Source of the DNA: Euglena gracilis
Taxonomy: Eukaryota
Length of the DNA: 64,000 nucleotides
Direction: 5' to 3'
Assembly (NCBI GenBank): GCA_039621445.1
Contig: CP154954.1
Coordinates: 34,259,737 to 34,323,736 of the forward strand
Positions 25,932-39,700 of the stretch are shown piece after piece. The position numbers were made by a program, and so were the translations under genes. The notes under the pieces are model-generated. The model saw only the letters and a program-made list of their open reading frames with translations, was not told the DNA's origin and searched no databases. The number at the start of each line of letters is the position of its first letter. Position 1 is the stretch's first letter.

Positions 25932-27049
25932 ATGCTCCAACCCAGGTGTGTGGCCCTATATGGGGCAACTCCCAGCTCAATTGAGCATCCCCCCACCCCA
26001 GTGGTTTCCAGCTCTATTGAGCATCCCCCCACCCCAGTTTTCAGCTCTATTGAGCATCCCCTTACCATAATTTTCAGCTCTACCGAGCATTCACCCACCC
26101 CGCTTTCCAGCTCTATAAGCTCTGTCGAGCATTCCCCCCACCCCGTTTTCCAGCTCTATCGAGCATTCCCCCCACAGCTCTATCGAGCAACCCCCCACCC
26201 AATGGGTGCCATACCAAACGGTGTCCAGCTCTATCGAGCATCCCCCCACAGTGGCCAGCTCTATCGAGCAATTACCTCCAACCTCCAGCTCCATAGAGCA
26301 TTCCCCCACCGTTCCCAGCTCTATCGAGCATTCCAACACCCAAAAGGTGCAACCCCTGACGGTATCAAGCTCCATCGAGCATCTCCCCACTCAGGAGTTT
26401 CCACACCTAACGGTGTTTGATTTAGGCGATAACCCCGCTGCTCAATGGGTGCAACGCCTATCGGCGAGGTGCTCTATCGAGCAACCCATCGCCCAGTGTG
26501 ACTGTCAACCTTTGCTGCAAAGTCAGGCACCTTGTGGTAATTCTCTGCATCAGGATGTGGCAACGGTGCCTACAGGCACAATTGGCAAACAACCCACTGA
26601 TGTGGTTTACCGCATGCTGCCAAAGGAGGCATTTTTGCACATGCAACATAGTTTGCAAAAGTTGATTACAAAAGTGGAGCCAATAACGGCACTTTCTGGG
26701 CACAAAAATCCTGATATGGGAGCTTTTGTTACGTTGGAGCAGTTAAGTGCATTCCAGGAAGCGCAACAGCTCATCATGCAACTGAGCCGTGAATCAGCAA
26801 ATTTTCACCATATGCACACCCAACGTGGTGAAGGTTTCGCTTCCAGCACTTATGTGCAGCAATTGGAGGAAAGACTTTCCCGGTTGGAGCGAAACTCATG
26901 CAGGTGTGGTGAAAATTCTGCTGAACTAACAAGTTTTTACGCCCATATCGCGAATATCGCAAGCAGGCAGGATGCTTTCCACCAACGGTGGCAGAATAAT
27001 ATTGTGGACATCCAAACCGCAATTGCGGAGTTGAAGAACCGCAATGCGG
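25932..27049 (+). pseudogene. Degenerate gag-position ORF, copy 2 (one frameshift near 26140; then open, reading into the 162-bp repeat until 27330)
   Basis: Track ORF 26206-27330 (374 aa) lacks the extra G that breaks copy 1 at ~22931. Confidence 0.5.
25971..26390 (+). repeat. ~30-bp SSIEHPPT minisatellite, copy 2
   Basis: Matches 22431-22850 at offset 3540. Confidence 0.9.
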
Positions 27050-28087
27050 TCGCCGACCCATTGACTTTGGGTCAAAACCGGGTCGAAAAAGTCGAAAAAA
27101 TCGAAAAAAAAATTTTTGCCCGAAACGATGTTTTTTGGCCTCCAGCACCCGGAAAAACTGTTTTTGAGCCGAAAATGAGCGTTTTTCGACCCGCCAGAGC
27201 CCCGTTTTGGGCCGCCGACCCAATGACTTTGGGTCAAAACCGGGTCGAAAAAATCGAAAAAAATAGAAAAAAATTTTTTTGCCCGAAACGATGTTTTTTG
27301 GCCTCCCGCACCCGGAAAAACTGTTTTTGAGCCGAAAACGAGCGTTTTTCGACCCGCCAGCGCCCCGTTTTGGGCCGCCGGCCCATTGACTTTGGGTCAA
27401 AACCGGCTCGAAAAAGTCGAAAAAAAACGAAAAAAAATTTTTTGCCCGAAACGATGTTTTTTTGGCCTCCCGGACCCGGAAAAGCTGTTTTTGAGCCGAA
27501 AACGAGCGTTTTTCGACCCGCCGAAGCCCCGTTTTGGGCCGCCGACCCATTGACTTTGGGTCAAAACCGGGTCGAAAAGGTCGAAAAAAATCGAAAAAAA
27601 ATTTTCCCCGAAACGATGTTTTTGGGCCTCCCGGACCCAGAAAAACTAATTTTGAGCCGAAAACGAGCGTTTTTCGACCCGCCAGCGCCCCGTTTGGGCC
27701 GCCGACCCATTGACTTTGGGTCAAAACCGGTCGAAAAAGTCGAAAAAAATCGAAAAAATTTTTTTGCCGAAACGATGTTTTTTTGGCCTCCCGCACCCGG
27801 AAAAACTGTTTTTGAGCCGAAAACGAGCGTTTTTCGACCCGCCAGCGCCCCGTTTTGGGCCGCCGACCCATTGACTTTGGGTCAAAACCGGGTCAAAAAA
27901 GTCAAAAAAAATTAAAAAAAAATTTTTTTGCCCGAAACGATGTTTGTTGGCCTCCCGCACCCAGAAAAACTGTTTTCCAGCCGAAAACGAGCGTTTTTCG
28001 ACCCGCCAGAGCCCCGTTGTGGGCCGCCGACCCATTGAATTTGACGACCCAGAAAAACTGCTTTGACCCGAAAACGAGCGTTTTTCG
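27050..28087 (+). repeat. ~162-bp tandem repeat, 6 units plus a decayed partial unit
   Basis: Marker ends at 27057, 27219, 27382, 27546, 27706, 27867, 28031. Confidence 0.95.
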
Positions 28088-28815
28088 GGCCGCCGGGCCG
28101 CCGGGCTGCCGGCCGGGCCGCGGGCAGGACCGCCGGGCCGCCGGGCCACCCGCCGTACCGCCGGGCCGCCGGGCCGCCGGGCTGCTGGCGGGCCGCGGGC
28201 AGGACCGCCGGGCCGCCGGGCCACCGGCCGTACCGCCGGGCCGCCGCCAGGGAAGCAGGGAAGAAAGAGGAAGAAGGGAAGAAGGGAAGAAAGGGAAGAA
28301 GGGAAGAAGGGAAAAAGAAGGCAGGAAAAAAGGGATGAAGGAAGGGAAGACGGGAAGAAAGAAGGGACACGCGGGAAGAAGGCCGATGAAGGAAGAAGGA
28401 AGGGAAGAAGAGGATAAGAAGCTCGGCCGCAGGAAGAAAAGATAGAAGGAAGAACGCAGGGAAGAAGGAAGGAACGGGGAAGAGGGAAGAAGGGATAAGA
28501 GGCGGGCAGAAGGGGGTGGAGAAGGAAGGGAAGACGGGACAGAAGAAGGGAAGAAGGGTTAAGAAGGAACGGACAGACAGGGCATGAAGGCCGGGCCGAC
28601 GGGAAGAAGCGGGAAGACGGGAAGGAAGAGAAGAAATGAAGGGCGCAGGAAGCCCGAAGAAGGGCTGCCGGGCAGAAAGCAGAAGGGACAGCAGATGAAG
28701 AAGGACGAACGGGGGCAGGACGCCGCCAAGGGACCGCCGGGCCGCCCGGCAGGGCTGCAGGGTCCGCCGCCGGGCCGCGGCGGGGCCCGGGCTGCCGGCT
28801 TCCGCCGGGCCGGGG
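28088..28815. other. Low-complexity tract: GCCGG-rich / GA-rich / GCCGG-rich (possibly basecalling noise)
   Basis: CGCCGGGC iterations at 28088-28250 and ~28730-28815 flank an almost T-free GAAGGGAAG purine tract. Confidence 0.8.
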
Positions 28816-28899
28816 TCAATGAAGGGGTGCGGGCGCCCTTAAAAAGAGCTCAGCACTATTCAAAACCTGGTAAGGGGTCCCCACTTCGTGCCATGTCTC

Positions 28900-30705
28900 C
28901 CCAATTTGGTCCATTTTTACATGCTAACCTGGGCTTACCTGGTAAATGTCCCCCGGAATGGTCCAATGCACCCATCTAAATGTGCTCATTTCTTGCAACC
29001 AACATTCCCGCTGCATGTTTTTCTTACCAATCAACCACGACAATCATGAAACCAACGTGTCCCCTGACTTTGGAGGCATCCTGGAACACCCATTCGGTTA
29101 CTCGGAGTAAGGCCCAGTTTGGTCCACTTGTTACATGGTGACCTGGGCTTACCTGGTAAATGTCCCCCGGAATGGTCGAATGCACCCATCTAAATGTGCT
29201 CATTTCTTGCAACCAACATTCCCGCTGCATGTTTTTCTCACCATTAAACCAACGACAATCACGAAACCAACGGTTCCCCTGACTTTGGAGGCCTCCTGGA
29301 ACACCCGTTCGGTTACTCGGAGTAAGGCGCAATTTGGTCCATTTTTACATGGTAACCTGGGCTGACCTGGTAAATGTCCCCCGGAATGGTCGAATGCACC
29401 TATCTAAATGTGCTCATTTCTTGCAACCAACATTCCTGCTGCAAGTGTTTCTCACCATTAAACCAACGACAATCACGAAACCAACGTGTCCCCTGACTTT
29501 GGAGGCCTCCTGGAACACCCGTTCGGTTACTCGGAGTAAGGCGCAATTTGGTCCATTTTTACATGGTAACCTGGGCTGACCTGGTGAATGTCCCCCGGAA
29601 TGGTCAAATGCACCCATCTAAATTGCTCATTTCTTGCAACCATCATTCCCGCTGCATGTTTTTCTTACCATTAAACCACGACAATCATGAAACCAACGGG
29701 TCCCCTGACTTTGGAGGCCTCCTGGAAAACCCATTCGGTTACTCGGAGTAAGGCCCAATATGGTCCATTTTTACATGGAAACCTGGGCTGACCTGGTAAA
29801 TGTCCCCCAGAATGGTCGAGTGCACCCATCTAAAAGTGCTCATTTCTTGCAACCAACGTGCATGTTTTTCTTACCATTAAATCACCGCAATCATGGAACC
29901 AACGGTCCCCTGACATCGGAGGCCTCCTGGAACACCCGTTCGGTTACTCGGAGTAATGCATTCCATTTTTACATGGTAACCTGGGCTGGCCTGGTAAATG
30001 TCCCCCGGAATGGTCGAATGCACCCATCTAAACGTGCTCATTTCTTGCAACCAACATTCCCGCTGCATGTTTTTCATACCATTAAACCACGACAATCGTG
30101 AAACCAACGGGTCCCCTGACTTTGGAGGCCTCCTGTAACACCCATTCGGTTACTCGGAGTAAGGCCCAATATGGTCCATTTTTACATGGAAACCTGGGCT
30201 GACCTGGTAAATGTCCCCCAGAATGGTCGAGTGCACCCATCTAAAAGTGCTCATTTCTTGCAACCAACGTGCATGTTTTTCTTACCATTAAATCACCGCA
30301 ATCATGGAACCAACGGTCCCCTGACATCGGAGGCCTCCTGGAACACCCGTTCGGTTACTCGGAGTAATGCATTCCATTTTTACATGGTAACCTGGGCTGG
30401 CCTGGTAAATGTCCCCCGGAATGGTCGAAATGAGCACATTTAGATGGGTGCATTCGACCATTCCGGGGGACATTTACCAGGTTAAACCACGACAATCGTG
30501 AAACCAACGGGTCCCCTGACTTTGGAGGCCTCCTGTAACACCCATTCGGTTACTCGGAGTAAGGCCAATGTTGGTCCGTTTTTACATGGTAACATGGGAT
30601 GATCTGGTAAATGTCCCCCGGAATGGTCGAATGCAGCAATCTAAATGTGCTCATCTCCTGCAACCAACATTCCCGCTGCATGTTTTTCTTACCACTAAAC
30701 CACGA
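28900..30705 (+). repeat. 213-bp satellite, forward, rearranged monomers
   Basis: Resumes at CCCAATTTGG. Contains a 411-bp tandem duplication and a micro-inversion at 30427-30482. Confidence 0.97.
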
Positions 30706-33700
30706 TGGGTGCATTCGACCATTCCGGGGGATATTTACCAGGTCAGCCCAGGTTACCATGTAAAAATGGACCAAATTGGGCCTTACTCCGAGTAACCGAA
30801 TGGGTGTTCCAGGAGGCCTCCAAAGTCAGGGGACCCGTTGGTTTCATGATTGTCGTGGTTTAATGGTAAGAAAAACATGCAGCGGGAATGTTGGTTGCAA
30901 GAAATGAGCACATTTAGATGGGTGCATTCGACCATTCCGGGGGACATTTACCAGGTCAGCCCAGGTTACCATGTAAAAATGGACCAAATTGGGCCTTACT
31001 CCGAGTAACCGAATGGTTGTTCCAGGAGGCCTCCAAAGTCAGGGGAGCTGTTGGTTTCATGATTGTCGTGGTTTAATGGTAAGAAAAAACATGCAGCGGG
31101 AATGTTGGTTGCAAGAAATGAGCACATTTAGATGGGTGCATTCGACCATTCCGGGGGACATTTACCAGGTCAGCCCAGGTTACCATGTAAAAATGGACCA
31201 AATTGGGCCTTACTCCGAGTAACCGAATGGGTGTTCCAGGAGGCCTCCAAAGTCAGGGGACCCGTTGGTTTCATGATTGTCGTGGTTTAATGGTAAGAAA
31301 AACATGCAGCGGGAATGTTGGTTGCAAGAAATGAGCACATTTAGATGGGTGCATTCGACCATTCCGGGGGACATTTACCAGGTCAGCCCAGGTTACCATG
31401 AAAAAATGGACCAAATTGGGCCTTACTCCGAGTAACCGAAAGGTTGTTCCAGGAGGCCTCCAAAGTCAGGGGACCCGTTGGTTTCATGATTGTCGTGGTT
31501 TAATGGTAAGCGAAACATGCAGCGGGAAGGTTGGTTGCAAGAAATGAGCACATTTAGATGGGTGCATTCGACCATTCCGGGGGACATTTACCAGGTCAGC
31601 CCAGGTTACCATGTAAAAATGGACCAAATTGGGCCTTACTCCGAGTAACCGAATGGTTGTTGTTCCAGGAGGCCTCCAAAGTCAGGGGAGCTGTTGGTTT
31701 CATGATTGTCGTCGTTTAATGGTAAGTAAAACATGCAGCGGGAATGTTGGTTGCAAGAAATGAGCACATTTAGATGGGTGCATTCGACCATTCCGGGGAC
31801 ATTTACCAGGTCAGCCCAGGTTACCATGTAAAAATGGACCAAATTGGGCCTTACTCCGAGTAACCGAATGGGTGTTCCAGGAGGCCTCCAAAGTCAGGGG
31901 ACCCGTTGGTTTCATGATTGTCGTGGTTTAATGGTAAGAAAACATGCAGCGGGAATGTTGGTTGCAAGAAATGAGCACATTTAGATGGGTGCATTCGACC
32001 ATTCCGGGGGACATTTACCAGGTCAGCCCAGGTTACCATGTAAAAATGGACCAAATTGGGCCTTACTCCGAGTAACCGAATGGGTGTTCCAGGAGGCCTC
32101 CAAAGTCAGGGGACCCGTTGGTTTCATGATTGTCGTGGTTTAATGGTAAGAAAAAACATGCAGCGGGAATGTTGGTTGCAAGAAATGAGCACATTTAGAT
32201 GGGTGCATTCGACCATTCCGGGGGACATTTACCAGGTCAGCCCAGGTTACCATGTAAAAATGGACCAAATTGGGCCTTACTCCGAGTAACCGAATGGGTG
32301 TTCCAGGAGGCCTCCAAAGTCAGGGGACCCGTTGGTTTCATGATTGTCGTGGTTTAATGGTAAGAAAAACATGCAGCGGGAATGTTGGTTGCAAGAAATG
32401 AGCACATTTAGATGGGTGCATTCGACCATTCCGGGGGACATTTACCAGGTCAGCCCAGGTTACCATGTAAAAATGGACCAAATTGGGCCTTACTCCGAGT
32501 AACCGAATGGGTGTTCCAGGAGGCCTCCAAAGTCAGGGGGTCAGTTGGTTTCATGATTGTCGTGGTTTAATGGTAAGAAAAACATGCAGCGGGAATGTTG
32601 GTTGCAAGAAATGAGCACATTTAGATGGGTGCATTCGACCATTCCGGGGGACATTTACCAGGTCAGCCCAGGTTACCATGTAAAAATGGACCAAATTGGG
32701 CCTTACTCCGAGTAACCGAATGGGTGTTCCAGGAGGCCTCCAAAGTCAGGGGACCCGTTGGTTTCATGATTGTCGTGTTCTAATGGTAAGAAAAACATGC
32801 AGCGGGAATGTTGGTTGCAAGAAATGAGCACATTTAGATGGGTGCATTCGACCATTCCGGGTAAGATTTACCAGGTCAGCCCAGGTTACCATGTAAAAAT
32901 GGACCAAATTGGGCCTTACTCCGAGTAACCGAATGGGTGTTCCAGGAGGCCTCCAAAGTCAGGGGGTCAGTTGGTTTCATGATTGTCGTGGTTTAATGGT
33001 AAGAAAAACATGCAGCGGGAATGTTGGTTGCAAGAAATGAGCACATTTAGATGGGTGCATTCGACCATTCCGGGGGACATTTACCAGGTCAGCCCAGGTT
33101 ACCATGTAAAAATGGACCAAATTGGGCCTTACTCCGAGTAACCGAATGGGTGTTCCAGGAGGCCTCCAAAGTCAGGGGACCCGTTGGTTTCATGATTGTC
33201 GTGGTTTAATGGTAAGAAAAACATGCAGCGGGAATGTTGGTTGCAAGAAATGAGCACATTTAGATGGGTGCATTCGACCATTCCGGGGGACATTTACCAG
33301 GTCAGCCCAGGTTACCATGTAAAAATGGACCAAATTGGGCCTTACTCCGAGTAACCGAATGGGTGTTCCAGGAGGCCTCCAAAGTCAGGGGACCCGTTGG
33401 TTTCATGATTGTCGTGGTTTAATGGTAAGAAAAAACATGCAGCAGGAATGTTGGTTGCAAGAAATGAGCACATTTAGATGGGTGCATTCGACCATTCCGG
33501 GGGACATTTACCAGGTCAGCCCAGGTTACCATGTAAAAATGGACCAAATTGGGCCTTACTCCGAGTAACCGAATGGGTGTTCCAGGAGGCCTCCAAAGTC
33601 AGGGGGTCTGTTGGTTTCATGATTGTCGTGGTTTAATGGTAAGAAAAACATGCAGCGGGAATGTTGGTTGCAAGAAATGAGCACATTTAGATGGGTGCAT

Positions 33701-36700
33701 TCGACCATTCCGGGGGACATTTACCAGGTCAGCCCAGGTTACCATGTAAAAATGGACCAAATTGGGCCTTACTCCGAGTAACCGAATGGGTGTTCCAGGA
33801 GGCCTCCAAAGTCAGGGGACCCGTTGGTTTCATGATTGTCGTGGTTTAATGGTAAGAAAAACATGCAGCGGGAATGTTGGTTGCAAGAAATGAGCACATT
33901 TAGATGGGTGCATTCGACCATTCCGGGGGACATTTACCAGGTCAGCCCAGGTTACCATGGAAAAATGGACCAAATTGGGCCTTACTCCGAGTAACCGAAT
34001 GGGTGTTCCAGGAGGCCTCCAAAGTCAGGGGACCCGTTGGTTTCATGATTGTCGTGGTTTAATGGTAAGAAAAACATGCAGCGGGAATGTTGGTTGCAAG
34101 AAATGAGCACATTTAGATGGGTGCATTCGACCATTCCGGGGGACATTTACCAGGTCAGCCCAGGTTACCATGTAAAAATGGACCAAATTGGGCCTTACTC
34201 CGAGTAACCGAATGGGTGTTCCAGGAGGCCTCCAAAGTCAGGGGACCCGTTGGTTTCATGATTGTCGTGGTTTAATGGTAAGTAAAACATGCACCGGGAA
34301 TGTTGGTTGCAAGAAATGAGCACATTTAGATGGGTGCATTCGACCATTCCGGGGGACATTTACCAGGTCAGCCCAGGTTACCATGTAAAAATGGACCAAA
34401 TTGGGCCTTACTCCGAGTAACCGAATGGGTGTTCCAGGAGGCCTCCAAAGTCAGGGGACCCGTTGGTTTCATGATTGTCGTGGTTTAATGGTAAGAAAAA
34501 CATGCAGCGGGAATGTTGGTTGCAAGAAATGAGCACATTTAGATGGGTGCATTCGACCATTCCGGGGGACATTTACCAGGTCAGCCCAGGTTACCATGTA
34601 AAAATGGACCAAATTGGGCCTTACTCCGAGTAACCGAATGGGTGTTCCAGGAGGCCTCCAAAGTCAGGGGACCCGTTGGTTTCATGATTGTCGTGGTTTA
34701 ATGGTAAGAAAAACATGCAGCAAGAATGTTGGTTGCAAGAAATGAGCACATTTAGATGGGTGCATTCGACCATTCCGGGGGACATTTACCAGGTCAGCCC
34801 AGGTTACCATGTAAAAATGGACCAAATTGGGCCTTACTCCGAGTAACCGAATGGGTGTTCCAGGAGGCCTCCAAAGTCAGGGGACCCGTTGGTTTCATGA
34901 TTGTCGTCGTTAAATGGTAAGAAAAACATGCAGCAAGAACGTTTGGTTGCAAGAAATGAGCACATTTAGATGGGTGCATTCGAACATTCCGGGGGACATT
35001 TACCAGGTCAGCCCAGGTTACCATGTAAAAATGGACCAAATTGGGCCTTACTCCGAGTAACCGAATGGGTGTTCCAGGAGGCCTCCAAAGTCAGGGGGTC
35101 AGTTGGTTTCATGATTGTCGTGGTTTAATGGGAAGAAAAACATGCAGCGGGAATGTTGGTTGCAAGAAATGAGCACATTTAGATGGGTGCATTCGACCAT
35201 TCCGGGGGACATTTACCAGGTCAGCCCAGGTTACCATGTAAAAATGGACCAAATTGGGCCTTACTCCGAGTAACCGAATGGGTGTTCCAGGAGGCCTCCA
35301 AAGTCAGGGGGTCAGTTGGTTTCATGATTGTCGTGGTTTAATGGTAAGAAAAACATGCAGCGGGAATGTTGGTTGCAAGAAATGAGCACATTTAGATGGG
35401 TGCATTCGACCATTCCGGGGGACATTTACCAGGTCAGCCCAGGTTACCATGTAAAAATGGACCAAATTGGGCCTTACTCCGAGTAACCGAATGGGTGTTC
35501 CAGGAGGCCTCCAAAGTCAGGGGACCCGTTGGTTTCATGATTGTCGTGGTTTAATGGTAAGAAAAACATGCAGCGGGAATGTTGGTTGCAAGAAATGAGC
35601 ACATTTAGATGGGTGCATTCGACCATTCCGGGGACATTTACCAGGTCAGCCCAGGTTACCATGAAAAAATGGGACCAAATTGGGCCTTACTCCGAGTAAC
35701 CGAATGGGTGTTCCAGGAGGCCTCCAAAGTCAGGGGACCGTTGGTTTCATGATTGTCGTGGTTTAATGGTAAGAAAAACATGCAGCGGGAATGTTGGTTG
35801 CAAGAAATGAGCACATTTAGATGGGTGCATTCGACCATTCCGGGGGACATTTACCAGGTCAGCCCAGGTTACCATGTAAAAATGGACCAAATTGGGCCTT
35901 ACTCCGAGTAACCGAATGGGTGTTCCAGGAGGCCTCCAAAGTCAGGGGACCCGTTGGTTTCATGATTGTCGTCGTTAAATGGTAAGAAAAACATGCAGCG
36001 GGAATGTTGGTTGCAAGAAATGAGCACATTTAGATGGGTGCATTCGACCATTCCGGGGGACATTTACCAGGTCAGCCCAGGTTACCATGTAAAAATGGAC
36101 CAAATTGGGCCTTACTCCGAGTAACCGAATGGGTGTTCCAGGAGGCCTCCAAAGTCAGGGGACCGTTGGTTTCATGATTGTCGTGGTTTAATGGTAAGAA
36201 AAACATGCAGCGGGAATGTTGGTTGCAAGAAATGAGCACATTTAGATGGGTGCATTCGACCATTCCGGGGGACATTTACCAGGTCAGCCCAGGTTACCAT
36301 GTAAAAATGGACCAAATTGGGCCTTACTCCGAGTAACCGAATGGGTGTTCCAGGAGGCCTCCAAAGTCAGGGGACCCGTTGGTTTCATGATTGTCGTCGT
36401 TAAATGGTAAGAAAAACATGCAGCGGGAATGTTGGTTGCAAGAAATGAGCACATTTAGATGGGTGCATTCGACCATTCCGGGTAAGATTTACCAGGTCAG
36501 CCCAGGTTACCATGGAAAAATGGACCAAATTGGGCCTTACTCCGAGTTACCGAATGGGTGTTCCAGGAGGCCTCCAAAGTCAGGGGGTCAGTTTGTTTCA
36601 TGATTGTCGTGGTTTAATGGGAAGAAAAACATGCAGCGGGAATGTTGGTTGCAAGAAATGAGCACATTTAGATGGGTGCATTCGACCATTCCGGGGTACA

Positions 36701-39700
36701 TTTACCAGGTCAGCCCAGGTTACCATGTAAAAATGGACCAAATTGGGCCTTACTCCGAGTAACCGAATGGGTGTTCCAGGAGGCCTCCAAAGTCAGGGGA
36801 CCCGTTGGTTTCATGATTGTCGTGGTTTAATGGTAAGAAAAACATGCAGCGGGAATGTTGGTTGCAAAAATGAGCACATTTAGATGGGTGCATTCGACCA
36901 TTCCGGGGACATTTACCAGGTCAGCCCAGGTTACCATGTAAAAATGGACCAAATTGGGCCTTACTCCGAGTAACCGAATGGGTGTTCCAGGAGGCCTCCA
37001 AAGTCAGGGGACCCGTTGGTTTCATGATTGTCGTGGTTTAATGGTAAGAAAAACATGCAGCGGGAATGTTGGTTGCAAGAAATGAGCACATTTAGATGGG
37101 TGCATTCGACCATTCCGGGGGACATTTACCAGGTCAGCCCAGGTTACCATGTAAAAATGGACCAAATTGGGCCTTACTCCGAGTAACCGAATGGGTGTTC
37201 CAGGAGGCCTCCAAAGTCAGGGGACCCGTTGGTTTCATGATTGTCGTGGTTTAATGGCAAGAAAAACATGCAGCGGGAATGTTGGTTGCAAGAAATGAGC
37301 ACATTTAGATGGGTGCATTCGACCATTCCGGGGGACATTTACCAGGTCAGCCCAGGTTACCATGTAAAAATGGACCAAATTGGGCCTTACTCCGAGTAAC
37401 CGAATGGGTGTTCCAGGAGGCCTCCAAAGTCAGGGGGTCAGTTGGTTTCATGATTGTCGTGGTTTAATGGGAAGAAAAACATGCAGCGGGAATGTTGGTT
37501 GCAAGAAATGAGCACATTTATAAGGGTGCATTCGACCATTCCGGGGTGCATTTACCAGGTCAGCCCAGGTTACCATGTAAAAATGGACCAAATTGGGCCT
37601 TACTCCGAGTAACCGAATGGGTGTTCCAGGAGGCCTCCAAAGTCAGGGGACCCTTTGGTTTCATGACTGTCGTCGTTTAATGGTGAGAAAAAAATGCAGC
37701 GGGAATGTTGGTTGCAATAAACGAGCACATTTAGATGGGTGCATTCGACCATTCCGGGGAACATTTACCAGGTCAGCCCAGGTTACCATGTAAAAATGGA
37801 CCAAATTGGGCCTTACTCCGAGTAACCGAATGGGTGTTCCAGGAGGCCTCCAAAGTCAGGGGACCCGTTGGTTTCATGATTGTCGTGGTTTAATGGTAAG
37901 AAAAACATGAAGCAGGAATGTTGGTTGCAAGAAATGAGCACATTTAGATGGGTGCATTCGACCATTCCGGGGGACATTTACCAGGTCAGCCCAGGTTACC
38001 ATGTAAAAATGGACCAAAATGGGCCTTACTCCGAGTAACCGAATGGGTGTTCCAGGAGGCCTCCAAAGTCAGGGACCCGTTGGTTTCATGATTGTCGTCG
38101 TTAAATGGTAAGAAAAAAATGCAGCGGGAATGTTGGTTGCAAGAAATGAGCACATTTATAAGGGTGCATTCGACCATTCCGGGGTACATTTACCAGGTCA
38201 GCCCAGGTTACCATGTAAAAATGGACCAAATTGGGCCTTACTCCGAGTAACCGAATGGGTGTTCCAGGAGGCCTCCAAAGTCAGGGGGTCTGTTTGTTTC
38301 ATGATTGTCGTGGTTTAATGGTAAGAAAAACATGCAGCGGGAATGTTGGTTGCAAGAAATGAGCACATTTAGATGGGTGCATTCGACCATTCCGGGGGAC
38401 ATTTACCAGGTCAGCCCAGGTTACCATGTAAAAAATGGACCAAATTGGGCCTTACTCCGAGTAACCGAATGGGTGTTCCAGGAGGCCTCCAAAGTCAGGG
38501 GACCCGTTGGTTTCGTGATTGTCCTCGTTTAATGGTAAGAAAAATATGCAGCGGGAATGTTGGTTGCAAGAAATGAGCACATTTAGATGGGTGCATTCGA
38601 CCATTCCGGGTAAGATTTACCAGGTCAGCCCAGGTTACCATGGAAAAATGGACCAAATTGGGCCTTACTCCGAGTAACCGAATGGGTGTTCCAGGAGGCC
38701 TCCAAAGTCAGGGGGTCAGTTGGTTTCATGATTGTCGTGGTTTAATGGGAAGAAAAACATGCAGCGGGAATGTTGGTTGCAAGAAATGAGCACATTTATA
38801 AGGGTGCATTCGACCATTCCGGGGTGCATTTACCAGGTCAGCCCAGGTTACCATGTAAAAATGGACCAAATTGGGCCTTACTCCGAGTAACCGAATGGGT
38901 GTTCCAGGAGGCCTCCAAAGTCAGGGGACCCTTTGGTTTCATGACTGTCGTCGTTTAATGGTAAGAAAAACATGCAGCGGGAATGTTGGTTGCAAGAAAT
39001 GAGCACATTTAGATGGGTGCATTCGACCATTCCGGGGAACATTTACCAGGTCAGCCCAGGTTACCATGTAAAAATGGACCAAATTGGGCCTTACTCCGAG
39101 TAACCGAATGGGTGTTCCAGGAGGCCTCCAAAGTCAGGGGATCCGTTCGTTTCATGATTGTCGTGGTTTAATGGTAAGAAAAACATGCAGCGGGAATGTT
39201 GGTTGCAAGAAATGAGCACATTTAGATGGGTGCATTCGACCATTCCGGGGGACATTTACCAGGTCAGCCCAGGTTACCATGTAAAAATGGACCAAAATGG
39301 GACTTACTCCGAGTAACCGAATGGGTGTTCCAGGAGGCCTCCAAAGTCAGGGACCCGTTGGTTTCATGATTGTCGTCGTTAAATGGTAAGAAAAACATGC
39401 AGCGGGAATGTTGGTTGCAAGAAATGAGCACATTTAGATGGGTGCATTCGACCATTCCGGGTAAGATTTACCAGGTCAGCCCAGGTTACCATGTAAAAAT
39501 GGACCAAATTGGGCCTTACTCCGAGTAACCGAATGGGTGTTCCAGGAGGCCTCCAAAGTCAGGGGACCCTTTGGTTTCATGACTGTCGTCGTTTAATGGT
39601 AAGTAAAACATGCATCGGGAATGTTGGTTGCAAGAAATGAGCACATTTAGATGGGTGCATTCGACCATTCCGGGGTACATTTACCAGGTCAGCCCAGGTT

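Larger units (their letters stand above)
25178..27049 (+). mobile_element. 3'-truncated LTR-retrotransposon-like element, copy 2
   Basis: Near-identical to 21637-23510 with an identical left flank, so a duplication rather than a second insertion. Confidence 0.7.

Noticed and set aside
26774..28979. Long ORFs (365, 196, 181, 167, 152 aa)
   Set aside because: They arise from the stop-poor 162-bp repeat and low-complexity tracts.
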